From Arenicellales bacterium (lineage in GTDB: Bacteria; Pseudomonadota; Gammaproteobacteria; Arenicellales; Poriferihabitantaceae): 64,000 bases of DNA. The first letter of the stretch is position 1; each line of letters begins with the position of its first letter. Both the position numbers and the translations under genes were made by a program. The notes under the pieces were generated by a model. That model was not told where the DNA came from, searched no databases, and saw nothing but the letters and a program-made list of their open reading frames with translations. The stretch is taken from the NCBI GenBank assembly GCA_965116595.1, contig OZ220708.1, forward strand, positions 1,590,875 through 1,654,874, read 5' to 3'. This document shows, piece by piece, positions 39,855-48,707 of this stretch.

Positions 39855-39926
39855 CAGTCAATCATTTCCGGCAGATTCCTGACACCCCGATCTGGTCTTG
39901 AAATTGATACTTATCTATCAATATCT
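39855..39926. repeat. Repeat B, copy 1 (72 bp)
   Basis: CAGTCAATCATTTCCGGCAGATTCCTGACACCCCGA...TATCAATATCT matches 42064-42135 with few mismatches. Confidence 0.9.
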
Positions 39927-40273
39927 GGCGACTCAATCTCTGCGAGCATGATCTGCACTACGCGGCGCAATTCCGGCAGGTTGCTGGTTGCATAAAGCCA
40001 GACCAGACGCGGCGCTACATGGTCGTAGCCATGGGCCAGATAGTTCCGAAAATCGATGATGTGGCGCATTTCGGGAATCCGACCGGCGAGATCTGGATGA
40101 TCCGCATTCAGGCGATTGACCGCTTCACCGATGATCTCGAACTTGCGTTCGACTGCGGCCTGCGTCCGCGCATCGGACGAGTAGGAGGCGCTGTCCATGC
40201 CGTCAATGAACAACTGTATGTCGGCACCCGCCTGATCAATGTCCGTCAACAGGACTCGGGGGTCACGTCGTAT
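39911..40273 (-). CDS. HepT/DUF86 HEPN ribonuclease toxin; expected start codon reads ATA (possible pseudogene)
   Basis: AVERKFEIIGEA, FRNYLAHGYD (R-X4-H); 5' end ATA CGA CGT GAC CCC overlaps the MNT stop. Confidence 0.8.
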   Translation of the reverse strand: MRRDPRVLLTDIDQAGADIQLFIDGMDSASYSSDARTQAAVERKFEIIGEAVNRLNADHPDLAGRIPEMRHIIDFRNYLAHGYDHVAPRLVWLYATSNLPELRRVVQIMLAEIESPDIDR

Positions 40274-40574
40274 AAACAAGTTCGCGGGATTCGTTGATGG
40301 AGGCACGCAGATACGGGTTGCGGAACTCGTGATTTTCGACCAGATCCACAGGGCGCCCCAAGACATCGCTCAGCGCGTCGACGAGGCCGAAGAACTGTTC
40401 GAGAGGCTGCAGGTCGCTGTCGGGATCGAACTCGACAAGGAAATCGGCGTCACTGGTGTCGGGATTGAAATCCACGCTGCGCGCAGCTGAACCAAACACC
40501 TCAAGACGCACGACATCGTAGCGTTGGCAGAGTTCGGCCAGATATTCCTTCTTGTCAGCAATGGCGGGGTGCAT
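40263..40574 (-). CDS. MNT (minimal nucleotidyltransferase) antitoxin
   Basis: VFGSAARS...SDADFLVEF, VLGRPVDLV. Confidence 0.9.
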   Translation of the reverse strand: MHPAIADKKEYLAELCQRYDVVRLEVFGSAARSVDFNPDTSDADFLVEFDPDSDLQPLEQFFGLVDALSDVLGRPVDLVENHEFRNPYLRASINESRELVYTT

Positions 40575-40600
40575 GCCTGACCCTCCCCGTGGGTGTCTCC

Positions 40601-40685
40601 AGATGAATGATATTGTTACCGGATTGTATTATTTGCGGGAATGCGAGTAAACCGGACATAAGTCCACCGCCTGTCATTATACTGT
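40601..40685. repeat. Repeat A, copy 2
   Basis: Homologous to 39772-39850; TATAAT hexamer on minus strand near 40675-40680. Confidence 0.85.
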
Positions 40686-40706
40686 GTGACTGGTTCAAGG
40701 GAACGA

Positions 40707-41804
40707 TTAGTTGTCTGGAAATGCTGGAAATGCTGGAAATGCTTTCAGCAAACTGTCCGCTATTTGGGTCATCTGTGTGACGGCGTCATCTATGACCCTG
40801 TCTCGTTCGACGCCGGTCTTGAGGCGGATGGGGATATACAGCCATCTGTCGTTAGGATCAGGCTCCTTCACATTATCCAAGAGTCTGCATATCTCCTTAG
40901 AATGGCCGGCAATGCCAGAGAGCTGCTCATTGCAATCAACGTGCCACCACAACGGTGTGATTCCGTTAGCGCGCCATACTTTCAGGTCAACCCCGAACCA
41001 TGATTCAAATTTCCCGAGCACACGTAAATTGCGGCCAGCGGTGTAATATGAGTTAGAAGCGCGTCCCTCCGTATCGGCGATTTTCTCGTTCTTCAGCTTC
41101 ACTGTAATGTCGTAAACCAGGTCGACGTAGTTGATCTGGCGACGTGCTATGCCCTGATCGGTAACCTCATCGGCACGAAGTGGCAGAAATGCTTCTGTAT
41201 CCATCTGGTTCGTCAGCCCCTGCAGTTGGAGGATGTCCCGTCTGATGGCGTCGTATCCGCCGGAATGGGCAGCGTCCAGCAATCCTTTCAGGACGTATTT
41301 CCAGCTCGTGATCAGCATGGTCTTACCGTCAACTTCGGCCCAAATTACGGAGCCATTGTCGGCGCCATCCTTCTGTTCGAGTTTTGCTTCGTCGCATCGC
41401 GCCTTGAGCTCGTTCCAGACCGTATGGATTCTCTGTTCCGGAACGATGAACACGAGGGCAGACGGAGGTTTTTCTACCTTGAGATATGATACAGGTTGCG
41501 CTTCGGTCAGCCCGGCCCAGAATTTGTTCTCGATGAAGATATAACTATCACTGTCACTGTCATAGATCGTCAAGTCTGGACGACTATCTCCATGTCCAAG
41601 CTCTGCCTGGATGCGTACTGGCTTGAACTCCTCGAACTTGCTATTTGCATTACGCAGCATGCCGAGGAACGAATCGGCAATATACGTAGACGATTTCAGT
41701 ATGAAGGCGAGTGCCTGTGTTGCCGCAGGTTTGCTCGAAAGCGAGCCACCAAGAACGACATGCGCCAGTACGCTATTCGGGGGTGTTGTAGCAGTATTTG
41801 ACAT
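40707..41804 (-). CDS. PD-(D/E)XK nuclease-domain protein
   Basis: RPDLTI...IFIENKFWAGLTEAQP.SY. Confidence 0.8.
   Translation of the reverse strand: MSNTATTPPNSVLAHVVLGGSLSSKPAATQALAFILKSSTYIADSFLGMLRNANSKFEEFKPVRIQAELGHGDSRPDLTIYDSDSDSYIFIENKFWAGLTEAQPVSYLKVEKPPSALVFIVPEQRIHTVWNELKARCDEAKLEQKDGADNGSVIWAEVDGKTMLITSWKYVLKGLLDAAHSGGYDAIRRDILQLQGLTNQMDTEAFLPLRADEVTDQGIARRQINYVDLVYDITVKLKNEKIADTEGRASNSYYTAGRNLRVLGKFESWFGVDLKVWRANGITPLWWHVDCNEQLSGIAGHSKEICRLLDNVKEPDPNDRWLYIPIRLKTGVERDRVIDDAVTQMTQIADSLLKAFPAFPAFPDN
40715..40743. repeat. 9-bp tandem repeat x3
   Basis: (CTGGAAATG)3, giving the protein terminus AFPAFPAFPDN. Confidence 0.9.
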
Positions 41805-41889
41805 GTCGAGGCCTCCAAATGAATAATACTATTATTACTGGATTAAGGATACAGATGATTGTATCGGTTCAGGGTGGCTTCTGGGTGTT

Positions 41890-41962
41890 GTAGGGGCGGG
41901 TCTCCGTGCCCGCCCGTTCCGGGCTCAGTCAATAACGGGCGACCACAGAGGGTCGCCCCTAC
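41890..41962. repeat. GTAG-type REP doublet (REPIN-like)
   Basis: GTAGGGGCGGGTCTCCGTGCCCGCCC ... GGGCGACCACAGAGGGTCGCCCCTAC in inverted orientation. Confidence 0.8.
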
Positions 41963-42063
41963 GTCATTTATTACAGACCCTGCCATCAAACCGCCCGTCA
42001 CCAGATAACCATCGCCTGACAGCGTCTTCTACGACCTCGTCCCGTTCAACGCTGGTCTTGAGA

Positions 42064-42135
42064 CAGTCAATCATTTCCGGCAGATTCCTGACACCCCGAC
42101 CTGATCCTGAAATTGATACTTGGCTATCAATATCT
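42064..42135. repeat. Repeat B, copy 2
   Basis: Matches 39855-39926; followed by IR TATCTATCAAT-N9-ATTGATAGATA. Confidence 0.9.
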
Positions 42136-42239
42136 ATCAATTTTTCAATAATTGATAGATAAGTGTTATTATTTGCCGCGAATCCACTTCATTTCGATAA
42201 TCGGGACAACTTGATACTGATCCACTAAACTATCAGTTT

Positions 42240-43166
42240 ATGGAAAAATATAATCTTGATGCTGAAATAAGCCGTTTTTTAACGGATTCGTCACAGTATT
42301 ATCCGGATCATCCGGGTCCCCGCACGGTGGAGGACGAGCGTCGCTGCTATGATCAATTGTGCCGCGCTTGGCAGGCGCCCATTCCCGATGGGGTATTGTT
42401 CACTGACAGTACGGTTGGCGCCGCCAGTGGGGACCTGAAGATACGGACTTATGAAAAACCGGCGGTAGAAACGGATGTCACGATTCTGTATTTCCATGGC
42501 GGCGGGTTTATTCTGGGCGACCTTGAAAGTCATCATTCCATTTGCGCTGAAATCGTGGACCGGTGCGGGTATCGGCTGGTCGCCGTGGATTACCGGTTGG
42601 CGCCCGAATTCACCTGGCCGACCCAGATCGAGGACGCTGTGGATGTGTTTCTGACGCTGGATCGGGGAAAAACAATCGTAGCCGGAGATTCCGCTGGCGG
42701 GCTGATGACTGCGGCAGTGTGCATTTCCCGGTGTGATCAGGAACGGCAACCGGTTGGACAGTTGTTGATTTACCCGGTATTGGGCGGACAGCAATTCGAC
42801 TACGATTCGTATCGACTGTTGAGCGATGCCCCCGGTCTTACCAGCGACGACATCGAACGATACCTGAACTTCTGGGCGACCCCCCCGTTCCCCTGGTCTG
42901 ACCCGCTGTTTGCGCCGTTGAGTTTCGATCAATTTGAAAAACTGCCGCCCTGTTTCGCCATTGCAGCCGAATATGATCCGTTGAAGGATGACGCCAGGGC
43001 TTATGTTGACAAGCTGAATGAGGTTGGCGTGCCGGCGGATTATTTCGAAGAGACGGGTTTGATCCACGGTTACCTGCGTGCTCGTCATTGCAGCGCAAAA
43101 GCCGGCCGAAGTTTCACCAGGATATGTGATTGCCTCAACATTCTTGGCGAAAGAATCAAATCATGA
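42240..43166 (+). CDS. Alpha/beta hydrolase, HSL (family IV) esterase
   Basis: YFHGGG, DYRLAPE, GDSAGG, YDPLKDD, HG. Confidence 0.93.
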   Translation: MEKYNLDAEISRFLTDSSQYYPDHPGPRTVEDERRCYDQLCRAWQAPIPDGVLFTDSTVGAASGDLKIRTYEKPAVETDVTILYFHGGGFILGDLESHHSICAEIVDRCGYRLVAVDYRLAPEFTWPTQIEDAVDVFLTLDRGKTIVAGDSAGGLMTAAVCISRCDQERQPVGQLLIYPVLGGQQFDYDSYRLLSDAPGLTSDDIERYLNFWATPPFPWSDPLFAPLSFDQFEKLPPCFAIAAEYDPLKDDARAYVDKLNEVGVPADYFEETGLIHGYLRARHCSAKAGRSFTRICDCLNILGERIKS

Positions 43167-43310
43167 GTTCGGAGCAGCATGAAAAGCCGGGCGAAATTTT
43201 TTACTTCGCCACTTTTTCCTGAAATCCATCATGGAACCCGAAAATTGAAGTTCGGATACAATGCCGATATAGTTTATGAATCTAAAGAAACAGGATCGGG
43301 ACAAACAGTA

Positions 43311-44099
43311 ATGAAACAAAATTTCGGATGTGGCATCGTGCGGTTTCATGCAGCTATCGCGTTGTCGGCTTTCTTTTTGTTGACTTTCCCTGATCCCTCG
43401 AGCGCCGGGGAGGACGATGTTGTGTCCGCTCAAAGCGGAGTCTACGCAGGCGTCTTCGCTGCCCGCAGTCGAATCAGTAACAGGATCGTCGATGTCGACG
43501 GTTTTGCCAATTGGGGGCAGAGCGGATGGGCCGTCGATTACGACAATTCCGGGTCTGCCGGCGGCGTATTGATCGGCAAGAGGTACGAGCAGGGCGGCGT
43601 GTCACTCAGGACTGAAATCGATATTATGTCAGGCGGTATATCGGCGACATCGAACAGACTGGATCCGGAAGGCCTGGACGAGACGGTCAAGGCGGAGTTT
43701 CGATCCATCGTAACGGCGCGCATGGGAATTGAGCGCTCTTTCGGTCCGGTCGTGGTATTTGCCTCAGGCGGACTGGCGATTGCCTGGATTGAGAATTCGG
43801 TTACCGACATTGATTTTGGTCCGAACATAACGACACGGATCGATCCTGACGATTCTTTTCGCGACAGTTCAATAGAAGGCGGCTGGGTGGTGGGTCTCGG
43901 CGCCGAGGCGCCTCTGTCCGATGCTTGGACGTTGCGGTTTGAGGGATTGCAGATGGATTTCGGGCAGGGCACCCATTATGTCAATCGCTCCGGCAATAAC
44001 CGATGCGGGCCGGGGTTGCCGCAAAGGTCGTGCCCCTACAAGGTCAAGAACAAGGCCGGTGTCTTCAGACTGGCAATCATCTATCGATTTAGCGGATGA
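43311..44099 (+). CDS. Outer-membrane beta-barrel protein (Omp25/RopB-like)
   Basis: Signal-like N-terminus, GVYAG, GWVVGLGAE..W.LR.E, C-terminal YRF; start uncertain. Confidence 0.75.
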   Translation: MKQNFGCGIVRFHAAIALSAFFLLTFPDPSSAGEDDVVSAQSGVYAGVFAARSRISNRIVDVDGFANWGQSGWAVDYDNSGSAGGVLIGKRYEQGGVSLRTEIDIMSGGISATSNRLDPEGLDETVKAEFRSIVTARMGIERSFGPVVVFASGGLAIAWIENSVTDIDFGPNITTRIDPDDSFRDSSIEGGWVVGLGAEAPLSDAWTLRFEGLQMDFGQGTHYVNRSGNNRCGPGLPQRSCPYKVKNKAGVFRLAIIYRFSG

Positions 44100-44148
44100 C
44101 GAAGCCCGGGATATCCGGTTGTTCTCCTCAAGTCAGCGAGGGTTCTGA

Positions 44149-44448
44149 TTGTCGGATCCGGTTTATCCAATGAGTTCGCAGCAACATGAGAAGCTGATCG
44201 AAATTTTTAAGGGCATGATTTCGATGGAGGAGGGCGGGCGGCAGTGGCAGTTTACGCTGCCGGAGTTGTATGAATTCTGTTGCCAGTCAAACAGTGAAAT
44301 AATTGAACTTGGATATCCGGGGTTCAGAAAACTGTTGTATCAACATCCGACCAACCGGAGAATCGCCGACAGCGGCGGCCAATTCGTGGTGGTCGAGAAC
44401 AAGGGGCATATCGACCGGAATATCTATGCCTTGACCGTCAGTGGTTGA
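44149..44448 (+). CDS. Hypothetical protein
   Basis: Clean 99-aa ORF co-oriented with the porin gene; no recognised motif. Confidence 0.55.
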   Translation: MSDPVYPMSSQQHEKLIEIFKGMISMEEGGRQWQFTLPELYEFCCQSNSEIIELGYPGFRKLLYQHPTNRRIADSGGQFVVVENKGHIDRNIYALTVSG

Positions 44449-44460
44449 ATCAACTGGTTA

Positions 44461-44697
44461 TTGATCGATCTCTACCGCATTTCGATCCCATGCCAGCGAC
44501 ATGTATATCGGCTTTCTGTCGGGTTTGACGAACAGATCTGCACGTGTCCGTTTTACAAGGAAGCCACTATCCAGCAGGATACAGAAACGCTGAATGACAT
44601 GGCCGCGCTTCTCCACGCCTACGATCTGGCCCCACGACTTGCTGAGTTCATCGCGAATGCGCATACCAAGGAATTTCAAAATACTGCCTCTGATTGA
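44461..44697 (+). CDS. Hypothetical small ORF or gene fragment
   Basis: 78-aa ORF, TTG start, no motif. Confidence 0.3.
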   Translation: MIDLYRISIPCQRHVYRLSVGFDEQICTCPFYKEATIQQDTETLNDMAALLHAYDLAPRLAEFIANAHTKEFQNTASD

Positions 44698-44983
44698 AAT
44701 GTCTCTGAATCGGCAGAATGAACCTTATCGGCACTCCAAGTCAAGTCATCCGGCCAATTAATTTGCATTATCGGGAGCCAGGGCTTCACAGAAGGCGTGA
44801 CACTGGATTTGCCCGCCATTAAATTGGTCGGTCAGGGATCGTCTCCCCAGCGGGTGAAATTCCAGCGATTCTGAAGTACACTGTGTGTCCAGGCCTGTCT
44901 CCTGGTTGATTGACATAATCTGTTGATGAAAAAACGTTTATGCCACAAGGAGCAGCCTTTTTCTACCTCAAGCGAAAGGTGCG

Positions 44984-45247
44984 ATGAAAGAGCAGTTTAT
45001 TGTCTTCCTGATGCAGGGTACGCGGCCTCTGCGAATTCTGATTTTCGGGGGCATTTTCCTGGCTTGGCTGGTAATGATTCTGCTCGCCTGGCTGTTCAAC
45101 ATCGAGACTGATATCGGTGGCGAAATCGTGATCTCGAATATCGTGCTGATCGCCGTATCGCTGTTAATCGGTTTCGGGGTTGCTTTGTGGATTTTTCGTT
45201 TACTCGAAAATGCCAAATATGAGCGTGATCCCCCAAAGAGGCTTTGA
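44984..45247 (+). CDS. Small two-TM hypothetical membrane protein
   Basis: Two hydrophobic helices; AAGG RBS-like sequence upstream. Confidence 0.6.
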   Translation: MKEQFIVFLMQGTRPLRILIFGGIFLAWLVMILLAWLFNIETDIGGEIVISNIVLIAVSLLIGFGVALWIFRLLENAKYERDPPKRL

Positions 45248-45384
45248 CTGTCTGTACGTGGCAGTGGTCAGGCGTCGGGAACCCTTATATCCGCATGCAA
45301 GCATTGATGTCGCGGACCTTACCGGTATCCGTCAGTTTCTTATCAGGGGATTAAAGGTACTGGTGCGGACTGGGGGTGCCGGGA

Positions 45385-46371
45385 TCAGCGTAGAAAGGAG
45401 GCGGGGAGCACGGAAATTTTGCTGTCAACAGATTTGCGGGGCGATGTTGTCTTCCTCTTGTGCGTTTGCGGGTGCCAATTCGTAGCCAACTCTATAAATG
45501 CTGCACAAGCCGGGTTGATATAGCCGTATCGGTGCCAGATCAGGCTGACGGCGTGTTGCGGCAAATTGACCTCCAGTTTTATTGAATGCAGATTACTCCG
45601 ATTATCGATAATGCTCTTCGGCAGGATGGTAGCAAGCCTGCCGGACTCGACAAGTTCGAGAATGACACTGACCGAGTTGGTTTCGATCGCGATCTGCGGG
45701 GTGAGCGAATGCTTTTTGCAGTATTCATCGATGTGCTGGCGCAGGGCAAAGTCCCGGTTGAGCAACACCATTGAAAGCGGGGAGTCAGATTGCGGCGTCT
45801 TGCCCTGGGCAAACTTCGCAAGTGGATGTTTGTCGCCGACGGCGAGGAACAGCGACTCGTTGAACATGATTCGGGTTTCGAATTCCTGGACACGCACATT
45901 ATTTGCATCGGGTTGGGTGAACGCAATGCCGATGTCGATCGTGTCTTCAGTAACGGACTGTTCGAGGAATTCCTGAGACATTTCGAAGGTCGACAGGATA
46001 ATTCCGGGATGCTGATGGTGGAAGCTGTCGATCAGGTCATAAGTCAGGTGATCGGTTATCGGCGTCCAACCAACCCTTAACGTACCCCGGCTCAAATCAC
46101 GGACATCATTGACCGCACGTGCACCTGCGATCATCTCGGCACGCGCACGCTTGGCGAACCCATGAAAGATTTCACCTGCATCGGTCAGCCGCACGGTACG
46201 CCCGGGTCGGATTAGCAGTCGGGTCTGGAGCAAACCCTCCAGTTGCTTGATCTGTTGCGATAGCGAGGGCTGGGAAACGTGCAGGACCTCCGCTGCCCGG
46301 GAGAAACTGCCATATTCAACGATGGTAAGGAAATACTCCAATGCCCTCGGAAATATGATTTTTCGGTACAT
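45385..46371 (-). CDS. LysR-family regulator, CynR-like
   Basis: GSFSRAAEVLHVSQPSLSQQIKQLE; divergent from scnBAC. Confidence 0.9.
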   Translation of the reverse strand: MYRKIIFPRALEYFLTIVEYGSFSRAAEVLHVSQPSLSQQIKQLEGLLQTRLLIRPGRTVRLTDAGEIFHGFAKRARAEMIAGARAVNDVRDLSRGTLRVGWTPITDHLTYDLIDSFHHQHPGIILSTFEMSQEFLEQSVTEDTIDIGIAFTQPDANNVRVQEFETRIMFNESLFLAVGDKHPLAKFAQGKTPQSDSPLSMVLLNRDFALRQHIDEYCKKHSLTPQIAIETNSVSVILELVESGRLATILPKSIIDNRSNLHSIKLEVNLPQHAVSLIWHRYGYINPACAAFIELATNWHPQTHKRKTTSPRKSVDSKISVLPASFLR

Positions 46372-46510
46372 AGTGGTGCTGTTTTTCCCAGCCTGCCCCG
46401 GACATTCGGATGGTGACGGAGATTCAGGCTGGTAAATTATCTGAATTTTCTATAATATATGGCAATAATATCATTATTTCCAATAATCCACCACGTCAGG
46501 GTTTCATACG

Positions 46511-46542
46511 AGGATATAATTATATCCTATAGACCCGATAGG
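46511..46542. promoter_or_regulatory. Overlapping palindromes, candidate LysR box
   Basis: Perfect 18-bp AGGATATAATTATATCCT (46511-46528) and CCTAT-N7-ATAGG (46526-46542, fits T-N11-A). Confidence 0.6.
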
Positions 46543-46695
46543 AAAATATGACTTGATTATTGCATGGTCTTTAGGGTAGCTTTCTACTAAGAGTTTTATT
46601 TTCGACAGCGATGTTTCCGCCGGAGTGAGAACAACAAAAAGAAGGATTCATCGCCGGGCACACGAACCAGTACTTATTGAGGAGATTTTCCAGAC

Positions 46696-47127
46696 ATGCC
46701 TTCATCCACCCGAGATAGAATCATGCGGCATCTGGATATTGTCAAACAATTCCAGCCTGCCCTGCATGGCGAAACCCACGCTCCCTCTCCCGATATGGTT
46801 GATGACGACCACTATCGCGCCTACACGCGCTCGTCACATGACGTCGGTGGTGAACCGGATATCCCGATTCCCTGGGAAGAGAAGGAAGAGGAGATCTGGG
46901 AACACAATACTTTTGTCACTTGCGAGGTGCTGGCCTGGCGGGGTGTCTGGAATGCCGAGGAGCGGCGGCGGCGTCAAAATGTTGACGTCGGCCAGACGAT
47001 TTACCTCGGCTTGCCGTACTACGGCCGCTGGCTGATGACTGCGGCCCTGATCCTGGTCGACAAGCAATACGCTACCCTGAGCGAGCTTCAGGACAAGATT
47101 CACGAAGTGAGGCAACGTTATGAGTAA
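46696..47127 (+). CDS. scnB: Thiocyanate hydrolase beta subunit
   Basis: HDVGGE, EKEEEIWE.NTF.TCE.LAWRGVW.AEERRR.QN.DVGQT.YLG.PYYGRW, as recalled for Thiobacillus ScnB. Confidence 0.92.
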   Translation: MPSSTRDRIMRHLDIVKQFQPALHGETHAPSPDMVDDDHYRAYTRSSHDVGGEPDIPIPWEEKEEEIWEHNTFVTCEVLAWRGVWNAEERRRRQNVDVGQTIYLGLPYYGRWLMTAALILVDKQYATLSELQDKIHEVRQRYE

Positions 47128-47491
47128 TAAACCTGTTTACGATCGCGAACATCACGTCAAGAAAGCCACGGGGATCGGCGATCCCCAGTGTTTTGCCGGG
47201 GAAGCTGCGCCGGCCAGGTTCAAGGTGGGAGACCAGGTTCGGGTCCGTGACCTGCCTGATCTGTTCTATACCCGGACGCAAACCTACTTGCGAGGAACGG
47301 AGTGCACCGTTTCTGCGCTTGTCTATGAAAGCCCGGCCGCCGAAGACGAGGCCTGGGATAATACCGACAAGGCCGAATGGTTTTACAGCCTCGTCTTCAA
47401 GCAGAGCGATCTTTGGTCCGATTATCCGAAGACCTTTGGCGGCGATACGCTGGAGACTGAATTACCGGAGCGTTGGCTGGAGTCGGCCTAG
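47120..47491 (+). CDS. scnA: Thiocyanate hydrolase alpha subunit
   Basis: ATGIGDPQCF, F.VGD.VR..DLPDLFYTRT, YESPAAEDEA, DTLETE.PER.LE. Confidence 0.92.
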   Translation: MSNKPVYDREHHVKKATGIGDPQCFAGEAAPARFKVGDQVRVRDLPDLFYTRTQTYLRGTECTVSALVYESPAAEDEAWDNTDKAEWFYSLVFKQSDLWSDYPKTFGGDTLETELPERWLESA

Positions 47492-47552
47492 AGCCTGCAC
47501 CGGAACTCACACTTGCACGAATTGACGAAATAACTGTTGAGAGGAAAGATAA

Positions 47553-48248
47553 ATGTCTGACGATCACAAGCATGCGCCGATGGTTGATGAAGTAAGCGAA
47601 TTCGAAATTCTGGAAATCGCGGTTCGCGAACTTGCCATTGAAAAGGGCCTGTTTACCCAAGAGGATCACAATGCCTGGACCGAGTATATGCATACCCTCG
47701 GGCCGCTGCCGGCGGCACGCCTTGTGGCCAAGGCCTGGCTGGATCCTGAATTCAAAAAACTCGCGGTAGAGGATGGCGTCAAGGCCAGCCTTGAAGTCGG
47801 GATCGATTGGATCAAGACTATGCCGACACAGTTCGGTACCCCAAGTGACTATTGCAGTTTCCGCGTCATGGAAGATACGCCGACCCTGAAGCATGTCGTA
47901 GTCTGCACTTTGTGCTCATGCTATCCGCGCCCGATACTGGGCCAGTCTCCCGAGTGGTATCGTACGCCGAATTATCGTCGGCGCCTTGTACGCTGGCCCC
48001 GGCAGGTGTTATCGGAGTTCGGTTTGCAGTTATCGGAAGACGTGGAAGTCCGGGTGGTTGACTCCAATCAGAAATCCCGCTTCACCGTGCTGCCGGTTCG
48101 TCCGGAAGGGACTGAGGGCTGGACCGAGGATCAATTAACCGAAATCGTCACGCGTGATTGCCTGATCGGAGTAGCCTTGCCGAAACCGGGCAAGACCGCG
48201 AACGATCCTCGTCCGATCCGCAAGGCGCTGAAACCCTACAACCACTAG
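47553..48248 (+). CDS. scnC: Thiocyanate hydrolase gamma subunit (Co-binding)
   Basis: VCTLCSCYPRP: Co-type Cys motif with Arg where nitrile hydratases have Trp (YPWP). Confidence 0.95.
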   Translation: MSDDHKHAPMVDEVSEFEILEIAVRELAIEKGLFTQEDHNAWTEYMHTLGPLPAARLVAKAWLDPEFKKLAVEDGVKASLEVGIDWIKTMPTQFGTPSDYCSFRVMEDTPTLKHVVVCTLCSCYPRPILGQSPEWYRTPNYRRRLVRWPRQVLSEFGLQLSEDVEVRVVDSNQKSRFTVLPVRPEGTEGWTEDQLTEIVTRDCLIGVALPKPGKTANDPRPIRKALKPYNH

Positions 48249-48266
48249 ACAACGCGTGATGCCGAC

Positions 48267-48674
48267 ATGACCTTGATCAATCCCGAAAAGATTGCGCTTG
48301 ACGAGGAAATGCAGGCGCGCGATCTTGAAAACTCGCCGATCGACTTGCTGGAAGAGATCAGGCGGGATGGTAGTCATTGGGAAGACCTGGCATCGAAATG
48401 GGGAGTGGACAACCCGGACCCGCCCTGGAAAATATGGCTGGAAGCCACGTGCGAAGTCCTGGCAGATAAAAATTGTGCATTGCCAGCGCTGGAACGCCGG
48501 TGGGAGGAAGACGATCTCAGCGAGGAGCTGTACAAAGATGTTCCTTTTCCGGAACGGCAATTGTTGGCCCTGGCACATTCGATGATTCGACGCGGGTTGA
48601 TCGACGAGAAGGAACTGGCGACGCACAAAAAGGTTGTAGAAAAGCGACTGCACATGGTGGACCAGATAACTTAA
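48267..48674 (+). CDS. SCNase activator/metallochaperone (P15K-like)
   Basis: NHase-beta-like tail (PFPERQLLALAHSMIRRGLIDE.EL), about 15 kDa, directly after scnC. Confidence 0.75.
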   Translation: MTLINPEKIALDEEMQARDLENSPIDLLEEIRRDGSHWEDLASKWGVDNPDPPWKIWLEATCEVLADKNCALPALERRWEEDDLSEELYKDVPFPERQLLALAHSMIRRGLIDEKELATHKKVVEKRLHMVDQIT

Positions 48675-48707
48675 GAGGTTGCACCTAAATATTACGTTGA
48701 TCGAAAT

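Noticed and set aside
39772-42135. Integron attC cassette array
   Set aside because: The repeats lack RYYYAAC...GTTRRRY ends and there is no intI in the window
46696-48248. Nitrile hydratase call
   Set aside because: Three-subunit scnB-A-C split and YPRP (Arg) instead of YPWP fit thiocyanate hydrolase
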